Assembly: GCA_013239625.1 (NCBI GenBank)
Contig: MU056898.1
Location: 1,083,717-1,147,716 of the forward strand
DNA: 64,000 nucleotides
From: Lama guanicoe
Lineage: Eukaryota
Direction: 5' to 3'
In this document: piece after piece, positions 38,045-49,680 of the stretch
Layout: each line of letters begins with the position of its first letter
How positions within the stretch are numbered: the first letter of the stretch is position 1
Program-made: the position numbers and the translations under genes
The notes under the pieces: generated by a model
Seen by the model: the letters and a program-made list of their open reading frames with translations, nothing else
Databases searched by the model: none
What the model was told of the DNA's origin: nothing

Positions 38045-41000
38045 GTACGGGGCCCTGCCCGCGGGGGCTTGCCTTCCAGGCCAGCGGCTCCCAGCCCGTC
38101 CACTCTTAGCCTTTCTCCCCGGGGCCCTCACGTCTGCAAAGGTCTCTCCCAGAGAAGGTGACTCAGAACTCAGTGGTCTGTGTCCTCACCTCTTGATCGG
38201 TTAGACGTGCGTGGAGCTGCCTGGGTCATGGTGCACGTGGGGCTGAGCCCTCCTCTTCCCAGAAGCAGAGCATCCTGTCCGTTTGGCCAGCCTGTGTGTT
38301 TCACCCTGGTTGCCGGGCGCATTCTGATACGCGCTCCCTGGGATTCCCTGATGGGGCCCCTCCTGGTGGAGGGCAGTGCCCTGCGTCACACGCCAGCCTG
38401 GGGTTCAGCATGTCGGCCCAGCCCCCATGTCCCTCATGGTGGGGCCAGCCCCCTCTTCAGACCCAGTGAGTGCAGGGAGAGCTGCGGTGGGTCTGTGGCC
38501 CAGGGTTTGGAGTGGAAACTGTTGCCTGTGTCCAGAGGCCCTGGGCAGGATGTGTCCCGGCTCCCAGCTTCGCCCACAGGCTGGGCTCTCAGAGCTGTGC
38601 TGCCCTGCCTGCAGGGGTTCTGCTGTCTGGCTGGGTGTGCAGAGCTCACTGGAGTGTGAATTAAGGTTCTTGTGAGAGAGCCTTATTTAAAAGTTGCCTT
38701 GGATGCTGAAATTTCAGGAGACGAGGAAGGAAGAAGACAAGTCTGTCCCCAGATGCTCTCCAGGCGAGGGTGGGGGCGTCCAGCCTGCTGGGCAGACACT
38801 CCTCCACCTGCTTTCCAGTGGAAACTGGGCAGGCCTGGGGGCCGCCCCCGACCTCCGGGCGTGTGGGCCGCCTGGGGTGGCCCACTGGGCAGTGTCAGGA
38901 GCCGGCTGACAGCTGCTGCCTGCTCTTGATCGTTTTTGATGGAGACCTCGGCCCTCGCTGCTGGGACCTCCTGATCATGAAGGTTGCGGAAGGCGGGGCC
39001 ACGTTCCAGCTGCTCAGCGCCTGCCCTCTGACAGCCTCTCCGGCACCTTCCCCCCTGTGCCCCGCTGTCCCTCAGAAGACCTCACAGGTGTCTGGCTTCA
39101 GTTGGGCTTCCCGGCCGAGCCCCCGCTGGCTTTGTAGGTGGCCTCGCACGGGATGTGCTCGGAAACGTCCTCACCTGCACCCCTGCTCACGGTGCTTTGG
39201 GCAGAGAAGATGCGGTGCTCACGCCTTCGGTGACATGGAGCGAGCTTCTGCGGCCCCCAGTCTTCCTTGCCTTCCTTCCCCGCGTTTATCGATTGTCCCT
39301 GCGCCAGCTCTACGGGAGGAGCCATGGTGCGGATGCTTGGCCACTGCCCTGTCCAGGGGACGGCAGGCAGGAGAGACACAGGCGTGCCGCCGTGACGGTT
39401 ATGCAGAGTGCATCCTAGTAGGGCGGCAGGTTCTGGAGGGGCCACGGGCAGAGCCCCAAGGGTTCACTGCTCACGAACGGCCCTGTGGGTGGAGTACCAT
39501 AACCAGGGTGCACCCCGGGTGTTGCTGGTGCCGGACCAGCGGGGCCCTCGGTGCAGCAGGGTCCTTGGGGGCCCAGGGGTCAGACAGGGCCGAGGCTGCG
39601 GCAGCTGGGGCCGCCGCGTGCCGGGACTGGACGTTCTGTGGGTGAGGGATGGAGACTGTGCTGTGCTCCCTGACGTGGGGGCGTGGAGCTTCCCGGGAGA
39701 AGGGTGGCAGGGCCTTTCTCGGTGGCCTCTCTGAGGCCCCGTTTTCCCGCCTGCAGAGCAGACAGCTCAGGCTGGACGCCCAGGCGTCTGGCGACTGTGT
39801 CAGGCTGCAGCAGCCCAGGGCCCTGGCTCGTGCCCGATTTGGGCATCCCCCTGGCCATCTAGGATAGTCTTCTTACTTTAGGGTGTGTAACGTGAGTTTC
39901 GCCTGCGAACACCCCCTTTGTCTTCTCAGGTGGCCCATTCACACACCAGCCCGTCTCGTCTGTGGTCACGGGTGGGCAGCGAGTTGAGACTCAGGTGCCT
40001 GTGCGGACCAGGCAGGCCGCGTGGGTGCGGGAGGCCGGGTGAGCCTCCACGTGCCTCCTGGGAGGGCGCCCCCGCCCCCTCGGCTGCTTGTTGTCCCAGA
40101 GGGTCGTTCTGTTTTCAGGAGAGGTCGGCAGTTTGGGTGTTTACGTGACATGCTCCCTTTCGCAGGTTGCGGTGTGGGTCAGTCAGGGCACTCTTTTTTG
40201 TCTGGTTTTGGAAGTTTGGTTTTGCTTCAGCACGTACTCAGAAAACAGTGATGGCCCGGAGTTGAAGGTGGTCCTCGTGTTTCCGTGAGCAGGCACCTGG
40301 GGAGAGTTGGCGCTGGCCATCAGCAGGTAGAAAACAGAAGGGCCGCGTCACGCCCCTGCAGCCGGCCTCGCGGGCCCCATGGCCCTCGTGGGTGCCCCAG
40401 GTTCAGTCCCCGCCTGCGAGGGCCTGTGGCTGGACTGGCAGCCTGTCCGCTCGGCCCTGCTCTGTGTTACCAGGATCACGCAGGCACCTCCTCACCGGGG
40501 CTGGCGTGTCCCTGCCACGGCGGGTATGTGCCCATTGGTGTCTGTCGCCTCCTTGTTATGGGCTGTGCCTTCCTTCCTTGGGAATTTTCTGTCCTTGAAG
40601 GTCACTGCTCCGGCTCCCAAGGCAGGAAATTTCCACTCCTGTCTTCCGCCGGCTCAGCAGGTCGGAGTGGATGGCGCTTTCTGGCCTGATCAGTCCTCAG
40701 CTGGCCGCTGCGCTCACAGGCATTGCTCTGAGTGAGGGTATTGATTGCCTGGTGCTGACGGATTACTTACACCGACTGCCGCTCCGAGGCGTGTTTACAA
40801 TGGATCGATGCAGTCGCGCGGCCCCGGTCCAGCCGGTGGGCATCTGTCTTCCCGGCTGGTGTGATTAAGCTGTTCTTCAGGCCGGGCTGCGGAGGGTGGA
40901 AGGCGGGGGTTGGTCGGGGTGGGAGCACTCCGCCCCTTCTCCTGGGTAATAACCTGGTAACCCCGAGGGCTCCGCACTGTGGCTCCCTCCCCTGTCAGAG

Positions 41001-41224
41001 AGCCTCCTCTTCAAGGCGCCCCAGGGGGCAGCGGTCAGGCCTGAAGGTGTTGATCTTTGCTGATCTTCGCAGGCCCGCACCCCCTGCTCCCGCCCCCCAG
41101 GCCGTCTCCGGGGCGGGTGGACGGGCGGGCCCTGCCCTCCGCAGCAGACTGGCTGGGGGGCTCTCCCTCCTGCTCCTGAGGAGGGCCCTGTGCTTGACAT
41201 TTCAGCGTGCAGTGCTTGGGGTGT

Positions 41225-41490
41225 GCGGTTTTATTTTGAGACCTTATTAAGCAGCTCCAGTCTAAGGGTTTAATTGTTACTGATAGCTAAGAGTGTAATT
41301 ACCTTGGTAAAATACCATGACTATTTTAAGCAATTGAAAATTGGCTTCCAGAACTGGGTGAACACAAACCATTTTCCCATTTGAAACGAGCTATTTCCAG
41401 TGTGCCCCTGATATTCCACAACATGGTTACAGAGTCTTACTTGTAGTCTAAGCAGTGAGCGCTTTTAGCACAAAGTTCTTTAAGATGAAG
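41225..41490. promoter_or_regulatory. AT-rich non-repeat island, candidate enhancer
   Basis: ttattaag, tttaattg, gtaattac, gcaattg, ctattttaag (MEF2-like). Confidence 0.4.
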
Positions 41491-42869
41491 GTAAAAGCCC
41501 TTCACGCCGGAGCGGAGTGGCCTCTGGGGAAGGACGCCGGGCACTGGCGCCCTGCTGCCCGAGAGGGGAGAGGCGGCCCCTCCATGCCTGGACGTGCACG
41601 GGCCACGCAGCCACGCAGCATCCGAGCCCCCGCTCTGGGGACCGGGGTGGTGCCGGTAACTCCCTCCTCCCCGCCCCGCTGGCCGGCGCGGAGGACCGCA
41701 CGCACTCGCGCCTGAGGCCTCCTGTGTGAATTACAAACCCCCTCAGGAGCGTGGGTCACCATCCCGCCGTCTGGAGACCCTGCTTCAGGCTGGTCCCAGG
41801 TGGCACACGTGGGGGCTGTGCTCTGCCCTACCTGGCACAGATGGGCGTGGGCAGGTCACAATGCCGGGACTGAAGTGGCCTCCGCCCGCGGAGCCAGCAG
41901 GGACGGGGAGACGGGCAGCTGTGCCTGCGGCCCACAGTTAGGGGGATGCGGGTCTGGGGAGCTGCAGACCGGCGGCAGCGGAGGGGCTGCCCCGCTGCCG
42001 CGGAAAGTGCACTCTCCGGAGGGGAGTAGAGGTAGGAAGCACAGGGGTCGTCCGTCCCCCCAGCGCCCGCCGGGAGCCCTCCCTGCGTCTCTCAGGAAGC
42101 TTCAGCGACTCCCCCCAGGGTGACCTGTGCTCTTTTGTCTTCTGCAGAGACTTCCTGGATTAATGGAATCCCCGCCTGTTTGCAGTTTTCTAAGTTTTTG
42201 TCATAAACGCCTACCCCGTGAATTTTGACGTGGGTTATTTTAATACCGTTCTGTCCAAAAGATTTTCTCGTGTTCTCTCTGCGCTTGTAGAGGCCGACCT
42301 TCAGGCAAGGTCTGCGTGTTCCAAGCTCAGAGCGTAGCGTGAGGAAGGTGAGAGGGGCCGAGAGAGCCCAAACTCGCCCACTCAGGCTCGGGCGGGGCCC
42401 TCCAGTCGGGGCAGAGAAACAGGTGCCTGGGAGTGCGAGGTGGCTGAGGAAAGTGAGGTGTGAACGGGGGTGTGCAGGGCCGGAGGGCCGCTGCCTTGCA
42501 GTAGGGGCTTTGCAGAGAAAGGAGGGGCCGCACCTCCAAGAGCACGTGAGAGTCCCGGTGCTGAAGCTCTGTGGGCAGCTGTGTTTCACGTGTCTTGAAA
42601 AACAGCTTCAGGTCCAAAGGAAGCTGTGACGGTGGTGGGGGGTGGGGGGGCCCACGTGTCTTCCGCCGGCTTCCCGGATGGTGCCGTCTGGGCATTCTGA
42701 CCCTGCGGAGTGTGCAGGCTCGGGAAGCGCCACTCATTCGAGGTGCAGAGCTGGCCCCCCACCACGAGGACCACCCCGACCTCTGACCTGTTCTCCGTCT
42801 CGGGAGTTTGGGGCATCCCAAGAGTGTGCTGCAAGTAGAATCATGTGTGCGTGACATTTTCAAACGTTC

Positions 42870-43530
42870 ATGTTATTAACATTAGTAACGATGTTTGGAG
42901 CAGATTAGATTTACATGAAGCAGCGACTGCTTCCCGAGTGCGGCCCCCCCGCCCAGCCCCCGGTGCTGATCTCCTGCAGCGAGTGACGCAAGCGGTGTTG
43001 CTGCAGCGACCCAAGCCCTCCGCTTGCAGTCGGCCACTCTGCGTTGCCCATTCTGTGGTTTCGACAGGAGTCATGCCACGGTGCCGCACGGGGCGCTCTC
43101 ACTGCCCTGGCCATCCTCTGGGCTCACTCTGCTCACGCCTGCCTCCCCCCTAAGCCCTGGCGAGCCCTGGCCCCTTCACTGTCTGCACAGTCTTGTCTTT
43201 TGCAGAAGGCCCTGTAGTTGGAATCACGTGACGTGTGGCCTTTTCAGACTGGCCTCGTCCACTTAGCTGTACGCGCTTCGGGTGCTTCCATGAGCTTTCT
43301 TGCCTTGACAGCGTGTTTCCTTTTACCGCCGAGCGTTATCCCCTGTCTGGGTGCGTTGCTGCTCGTTTGTCCGTCGCCCAATGAATGTCGTGGGTGGCGC
43401 CTGCGTGCGTGGTCTGTGTGGACGCGGCTTTCAGGCGAAGCCCCAACTCACGCGGGAGGAGCGTGCTTAGCTCTGAGCGCCTGTGGCGCGGCAGGCCCTG
43501 CGGTGACCGCTGGGCCTCTGCTTTGCGAAG
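42870..43530 (-). mobile_element. L1MC1-like 3' UTR, antisense
   Basis: ttcactgtctgcacagtcttgtcttttgcagaaggccctgtagttggaatcacgtgacgtgtggccttttcagactggcctcgtccacttagc matches the recalled L1MC 3' UTR. Confidence 0.8.
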
Positions 43531-46500
43531 CTCCTCATGCGCCGCATTTTCTCTCCTTTGGGAAAGCTCCGTGGGGCAGGGGTCATTTCTGTCTCAGCAC
43601 TGAGGACACCGCAACACCAAGAGCAGGTGGGCAGAGGTGCTGAGCTGGGGGCCCAGGAGAGCGGGGCTCCTTCCCCCACAGCCGCCCGCTGGTGTCGCCT
43701 CCGCTCGCGGCCTCCTCGCAGCCGGGGCACCTGGAACGTCTTTGTTTCCTTCCACGTCCGAGTGTATCCGGGGCTCATGCGGCCTCTGGGGCCTGGATGT
43801 GGCATTCGGGGGCCCCTGTCTGCTTTCCCCGTGCCCGCTAGGAGAGGCGGTGGGGGGGCGCCCTGTGGCGTGGGCACACCTGGGCACGCATTGCCCAGCT
43901 CCTGCGTCCTCCCCATGGGAACCTGCGTGCCGCACCCGGGCCTGAGTGCAGGCCTGTGGCCGATGCCCCCACGTCCAGGCCCCTGCTGGGAGAAAAGCAG
44001 ATTATGTTTGCTTCTCTTGCCAGAGGACATCGACGCCACCAGCTGCTTTTGATCAGCCGTCTTCGTCCTCTTCCCACGTCCCTCCTTAGAGCCCCCGAGC
44101 GTCCTAATCTTATTAGAAGGATTTCTCTCACAGGCCGCCTTTTTTAAGGCTGAAAATTCTTGGTTTGGGGAGCACAGAGGACATCCTTAAGGAGCTCAGT
44201 ACCTGCCCTGTCTTCTGAGAAAGAGTCCTTTGTGCGGCTCCAGCCTGCTCTTTGCCACCCCCGAGGCGTGGAGCTCGGGTGCCGAGGCCCCACTTCCAGC
44301 TCAGCAAGTCCCAGCTTGAGAGGGGTGGACGTGGGGCGAGGGCAGAGGTGGGGGAGGTGGCGGACAGAGACTGGAATTCTCTCTCTTGTCTCTCGCCGCG
44401 CACCCCTCCCCGCCAAAGCAGCCCCACGCTGGCTCGCTCTGCGCGCTGACCTTTGCACCCGTGTGGACGGCGGCTGGCCTGCGGCTCTCTCTGCTGTGTC
44501 CGTGGGAAGCCTCCTTGCTGGGGGCCGTGCGGGGGCGGCACACACCTGGCTCGTGCAGGTATTGGGTACCTTTGGGGCAGTGCGTTTTCAGTCTTCCTGG
44601 GGCCCCCACTGGGGACCCCCGCTGGCTGGGTTGGGTTCAGGCAGCTGTTGAAGACCCTGCACCACGGTGTCCGAGGAGGAAAATCCTGGGGCCTTGGCCA
44701 CTGTGCCCCCTTCTCTGTCCTGACACCCAGCCAGCTGGGGAGGGGTCGCACAAGGCAATGCTTGGGACCCCCGCCGGGCCTCCCAGAGCTCTGGGCTTTG
44801 AAGTCACGCATTTCCTGCCGGGTTGTGGTGACCTCTCAGTCGAGCCGTCGGGGGGTGGTGATCGGATGACGCTGGAGACCATGGGGGCCGGGGTGGGGGC
44901 TGAGGGTACCTCACGGTCTCCCCACCTTCTCCCTAAGAAAGAAGTTGCGTGGCCTGCGGAGTGACCGACCCTGGGCTCGGGTCCTGATCTGACCCCACGC
45001 TGGCCCCACTGGCATCTCGGGAAAATGAGCCCCACCTGTCTGACCGGCTCCTGCGTGACGCTCTTGCTGCTGGTGTGTGGACGCCGTGAATCGCAGAGCC
45101 CAGTCCATTCCCGAGACGGGGCCACGGGACCTGGGGCGGACCAGTCCCAGCTGAGACGTCAGGGTGCTGTCTTGAAATGTGTTTTCACCATCAGGTGCCT
45201 AGAAGAGCTCTCTCTGGACGTCGGCAGGCCCGAGCCGCCTGCATGCCCACGTCTGGCCCTGGCCCTTGCTCACACACCCCCTCCTCTGATGGCTACGGCC
45301 CCATCCCCTGTTGTCCTCTTCGCCACCCAGAGAACTCATGCTCTGGTGTGCTCACTGTCCTGTCCATTTACTGGCTTTCCGAAATACTCAACCACGTGCC
45401 CTCCACCTGCAGGCCGGCCCGGGTGTTTGAAGGCCGCTGTGCCCCTGGCAGAGGTCTATCCAGTGGGGCTGGCCTCTTCTGGGAGTTCCTCCTTGGAGTC
45501 CGGCCATCTGAGGGTGTCCCGAGGCACAGTCCCACTCTGGTGGCCGAGCGCCTGCCCTCCTGGCCGTGGGGGATCATGCTCTCCGCCCGTGGAGGGGCAG
45601 GGTGTTTGCGTGAACTCAGGTTCAGACTCAGCCCCTGCTTTTTTCTCAGAGCGCCTCCCTCTCCTTCCCCTGCTCCTCGAGGCGAGCCTGGAGGACGGCC
45701 GGGCAGCTCCAGCCCACCTGCTCGCCCGGCGCCCCGCCTCCCACGGCTGAGCCCGACCCTCTCGGTTCCAGAATTTAATTTCCCGTGTTGACACGTTGTC
45801 CTTCAGGTGGCCTGCCCAGGCTGCTGTTTCTATTACATCCACCTAAGTGTGTGTTACAGGAGACGCCATTTGCAAAGTTACTAGAAAGCCAGTCTTGGTA
45901 CGAGGGTCGCTGCATATCCCACCGATGGGGCGGCTGGAACTGGGTCACAGCAGAGACAAATTCGAGAGAAAAGCAATTTTAGGAAATAGAAAGGAATGAA
46001 AACAAAATGCCTCCTCTCCCTCTGCAGCGGGAAGATGTTTATCAAGATAGGGTTTGTGGGAGCGCGGCCGGGAGGTGCTTTGGCCGCCTCTGCTGACGGG
46101 CAGGCCAGCCGACCTGACCCGGGCCCTCGCCCTCAGCCCGGCTCTGTGGGCTCCTCCCCCCGCCCAGGGCGTCCTCCCCACCGCTGGCTCCAGAGAAGCC
46201 ATCCTCCCCCTCACTTTGACGCACTCCACTCACCTGCCGTCTTTGTCTGTCCCGTGATGCAGGGACCGCCTCTGTTTGGTTCCCCAGCGGTTGGTGGGCG
46301 GTGGGGGCTGTTCGTCCTTGAGCTCCCCCATGTGACTGTGGGGAGACCGAGGCCGGGAGGGGGCGACCTGCCTGGGGCCCCAGTCGGCAAGGAGCAGTGC
46401 CTGCGAGTGGGGGGCTGTCACTGCCCCCTGCTTCCGACCAGGCAGCCTGCCGCACCCCTCTGGCTGCCATGGGGTGGGTGGGTGGGTGGGAACATCGGAC

Positions 46501-47928
46501 GTGCTTGCAGAGAGAGAAGGGATACAGATGTCTCTGTTCGATGCTGTGACTTAAAGTTAGCAGCTCGGGAAATAGTGCTCATTCCTCCCCCAACATTGAA
46601 GGGCTGGAGGCAAGCGGTGGGGGTGCCCAGGGCGGGTAGGCGCTGCCCTGGCGGGGAACGCCTCGGCAGCAGCGTGCTTCCTGCTCCCCACGGGCCCTGG
46701 GGCACAGACCCCGCCTTCCCGCCCCAGGGGCTCCTCCCCTCGACCCCCAGGCTTGCTGGGCCTTGCGGCCTTCGTGGAACAGCTGGAGTGTGCGCCAAGT
46801 CCATTTTGCAGGCATGCGTGTAACCGTGGTCAGTGATGAAATGTTAAATAATTGAATATGAGTACATTTATTTTTAAATTAAAAAAATAGGATTAGTTAT
46901 AAAAATTATTTTGGGGAGAATCTCCACTGCTTCCCGCCCCTAATGTGTACACACACCCCTGGGCTGCAGGCTCCCCTCGGTCGTGCCTGAGGGCCTCTCC
47001 CAGCCACGAGGAGCGGGGCCTCGGCCGTCAGGTGGGCCTAGTGGCCGCCCGGCATCCTGCTTCTGCTGGGGCTGCTCGAGAGGTGGGGACACAGACGGAG
47101 CCCACGGCATCACCCCGGTCCCACCCCTGCGCGGCGCCCTGGGCACCTCCCTCCCGTGGAGTGTGGGGCGCAGCCTGCTGGGGGTTGCATGTTCTCCGCC
47201 CTTGGCTTCATTTCCTGGAGGCCTCTGTGCAGCACGTAGAACCGCAGTTCCCCGGGACCCTGGTGCGTCCCCTAAAGGTGGAATTCGTCTGTGGAGCCCT
47301 GCGCGCCAGCTTGCCGTGCCGCTGTGCTGGTCGGCTTGTGCGTGGCTCCCGGGGCCCCAGCAGCTCCCTGGGCAGGGACCAGGGCGGGCCTGATGAGGTG
47401 AGTTTGAGAGTGCTGGACGGGCCCTGTCATCATTTGCAATTTTGGTATCTGTTCACGGGGGTTTGCATGAATTTTGGGTTTCCAAAATACTGCATTAAAA
47501 TATTCTGTCTCATTTGCTGAGATGTTTGGCCCTTCCTTAAATTTGACCTTGAGCCGGGTGCCTCCCTCTCCTCGCCAGCATCCTGGCCAGGGCTTACCCC
47601 CTGACTCCAGGGCTCCCACAGCCGCGGCCCCGCTGCGGTGTGGTCTGTGGTGGAGAACCCGGGGGTTCCAGCTAGAGAAGAGGGGCGCTCTCCACGCGCA
47701 GGGCTCTGACAACGGGGAGTGAGGCCCGCCAGGCGTGGGGAGGGGCCTCCACCCCAGCGCGGGCCTGGGCGCCCTCGGAGCCGGGAGGGTCCGGGAGCCC
47801 CAGGAGAACTAGGCCGTGCTGGCGGTGAGTGTCTGGGCACTGGAAATCCCCCTCATCCTGGAGACTTGTTCTCTTTTTAACTCAATTTCGAAGAAACCCA
47901 AATCTTTGAATAACCTTCATCCTGAAAA

Positions 47929-47973
47929 GAAAGGAAAGGAAAGGAAAGGAAAGGAAAGGAAAGGAAAGGAAAG
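47929..47973 (+). repeat. (GAAAG)9 microsatellite
   Basis: Nine perfect pentamer units. Confidence 0.97.
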
Positions 47974-49039
47974 TTGGCTGCAGGTGAAAATTGATGGTCA
48001 CGCTGAAAGATGCGGATCCCGCCAGGCAGCCTCCTGAGCGTCGCTGCTAAAAATAGCCGTGGTGTCTTGCTGGTGGTGTTTGAATTGTGTCCAGGGCACC
48101 CCTGATGGCTGTTCCAGGTGTTGGAGGTGCCACCGGCCTCCCTGGGCCATTCTGGCTCAGGCGTGCCTGCCCTTGGCCTGGGGAGGCCCGGCCCGGCGGG
48201 CGCCCGGGCCACGTCAGCAGTTTTGGCGTGTCTGCCCTCTGCCCCCGTTGACTTGTCCTTGGTTTTCTTGCCCAGAGAATGAGCCCTGGAGGGACATGTG
48301 CGCTCCGTCTGGGGAGGGGCGGCCCTCCTGCCTTCAGTCTGGAGGGGTCCCCGTGTCCTAGGTCTGGGGGCGGGCATCCCTGTGCCCTCAGCCTGGGCCA
48401 CCCCCTCTTGGCTCCACACTTCCTCTCCCTCCAGGCTGCCTCTCCCGGGGCCGGGAAGCCGGGCCCCTCAGCACATTCCCCAAGACTCACTTCCACCGCG
48501 GGGGTGGCTCCTGGGCACTCAGCTTGCCCGAGGGCCGTAGCAGAATCTGCGGGAGCACAGGGGTGGGGTGAGGGCGTGAGTTGTCCTCCAGGGGACGGCG
48601 ACGCCCATGTCCCCGGCTGCCCACGTCAGGAGGTGCCCGCTGCCCCAGCCTGGCCCGCCTTTCTGTGCCAAGGTCCTCCGCAGGAGGGCCTTCGTCCCGC
48701 GGGCCGCCCCCCGCGCCCCTCCCTCTCTGCAGGCCTGTCCTCCTCTGCCTGTTGTTGGAGGCCCTCCGGACGGGTGAGCCACGTGGGGCCTGTTGCTGCT
48801 CTGGTGGGTCGTGGGCCTCCTGTGCCCCGGGGCTGGGAGGTGGCCCTCCTGGAGGAGCTCCGCACTAGCTTCTCTGTTCTCGGGAAAGAGAGCCTGGGGC
48901 TGAGACTCAGGAAAAGTTAGAACCTAAGCTCTGTCTCTGTACCCTCTGCCTCTCCCGGCAAGACTCCTGCCTCCCGCCTCCCTCTAACCTTCCCTTCCTC
49001 TCCCCCCACTTCTCCCCACATCTGCCAGGCGGGACCCAC

Positions 49040-49210
49040 CCAGGGATTGATTGATTTATAGGAGCCGAATCTCTAAAAGTTTGTAAACTAACAGTCATTA
49101 AAGTGTGGTAGTTCAGCAAACATTTACAGTCAGTTCTACTGTCGCGTGACATGTACGTTCCTGAAAATTTCGTCACTCTGCACATTCACTCACAGGCTTC
49201 ATCAGTGACA
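49040..49210. promoter_or_regulatory. Candidate enhancer with overlapping PBX-HOX sites
   Basis: TGATTGAT at 49048-49055 overlaps TGATTTAT at 49052-49059. Forkhead-like gtaaact and gcaaaca lie nearby. Confidence 0.4.
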
Positions 49211-49599
49211 CGTGCCTCTGATGAAGGTGGCAGCGCCGTTGTGCCCGCGCTGGTGCAGGAGCTGGGGTGTCACTCTGCCTGGCAAGACTGCACTCCCCGT
49301 GGATGGGGTGGAGGGGGCATCGGAAAGGCTGCCCAGGAGGAGGGAGGGCTGCGGGGATGGAGGAGAGGGCAGCCGGCCGTGCCTGGGCACTGCCCGAGGA
49401 GCTGGCCCGCGGGGGCACCGCACGCCCGTTCCGCCAGGTTCCTACCGTCACTCCGCACCCTGCGGGCCACACTCACAGCTCATCCAGGGTGTCAGTGTCA
49501 GCACCTTCTCCAGACACAGCGGAGCTGGCTGACCGGCGCCCCCGCCCACTCTGCCAGGCCTCACCCCCTGTGTGGTTGGCACCTGTTGTCGTTAATCAC

Positions 49600-49680
49600 G
49601 TTTATTTTCTAGCAAATGCCTGTCCAGTACCTGGTGTGGTACCTGGAACATGCAGATCTCCAATAAATAGTAGTGACTGC
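49600..49680 (+). mobile_element. L2 3' end
   Basis: cagtacctggtgtggtacctggaacatgcagatctccaataaatag resembles the L2 tail. Confidence 0.55.

Noticed and set aside
37451-38161. 236-aa ORF spanning the MAD1L1 exon
   Set aside because: Only 37900-38044 resembles MAD1 and has splice sites. The flanks are open intron.
46830-46915. Very AT-rich patch
   Set aside because: Short and low-complexity, with no interpretable motif arrangement; probably a decayed repeat.
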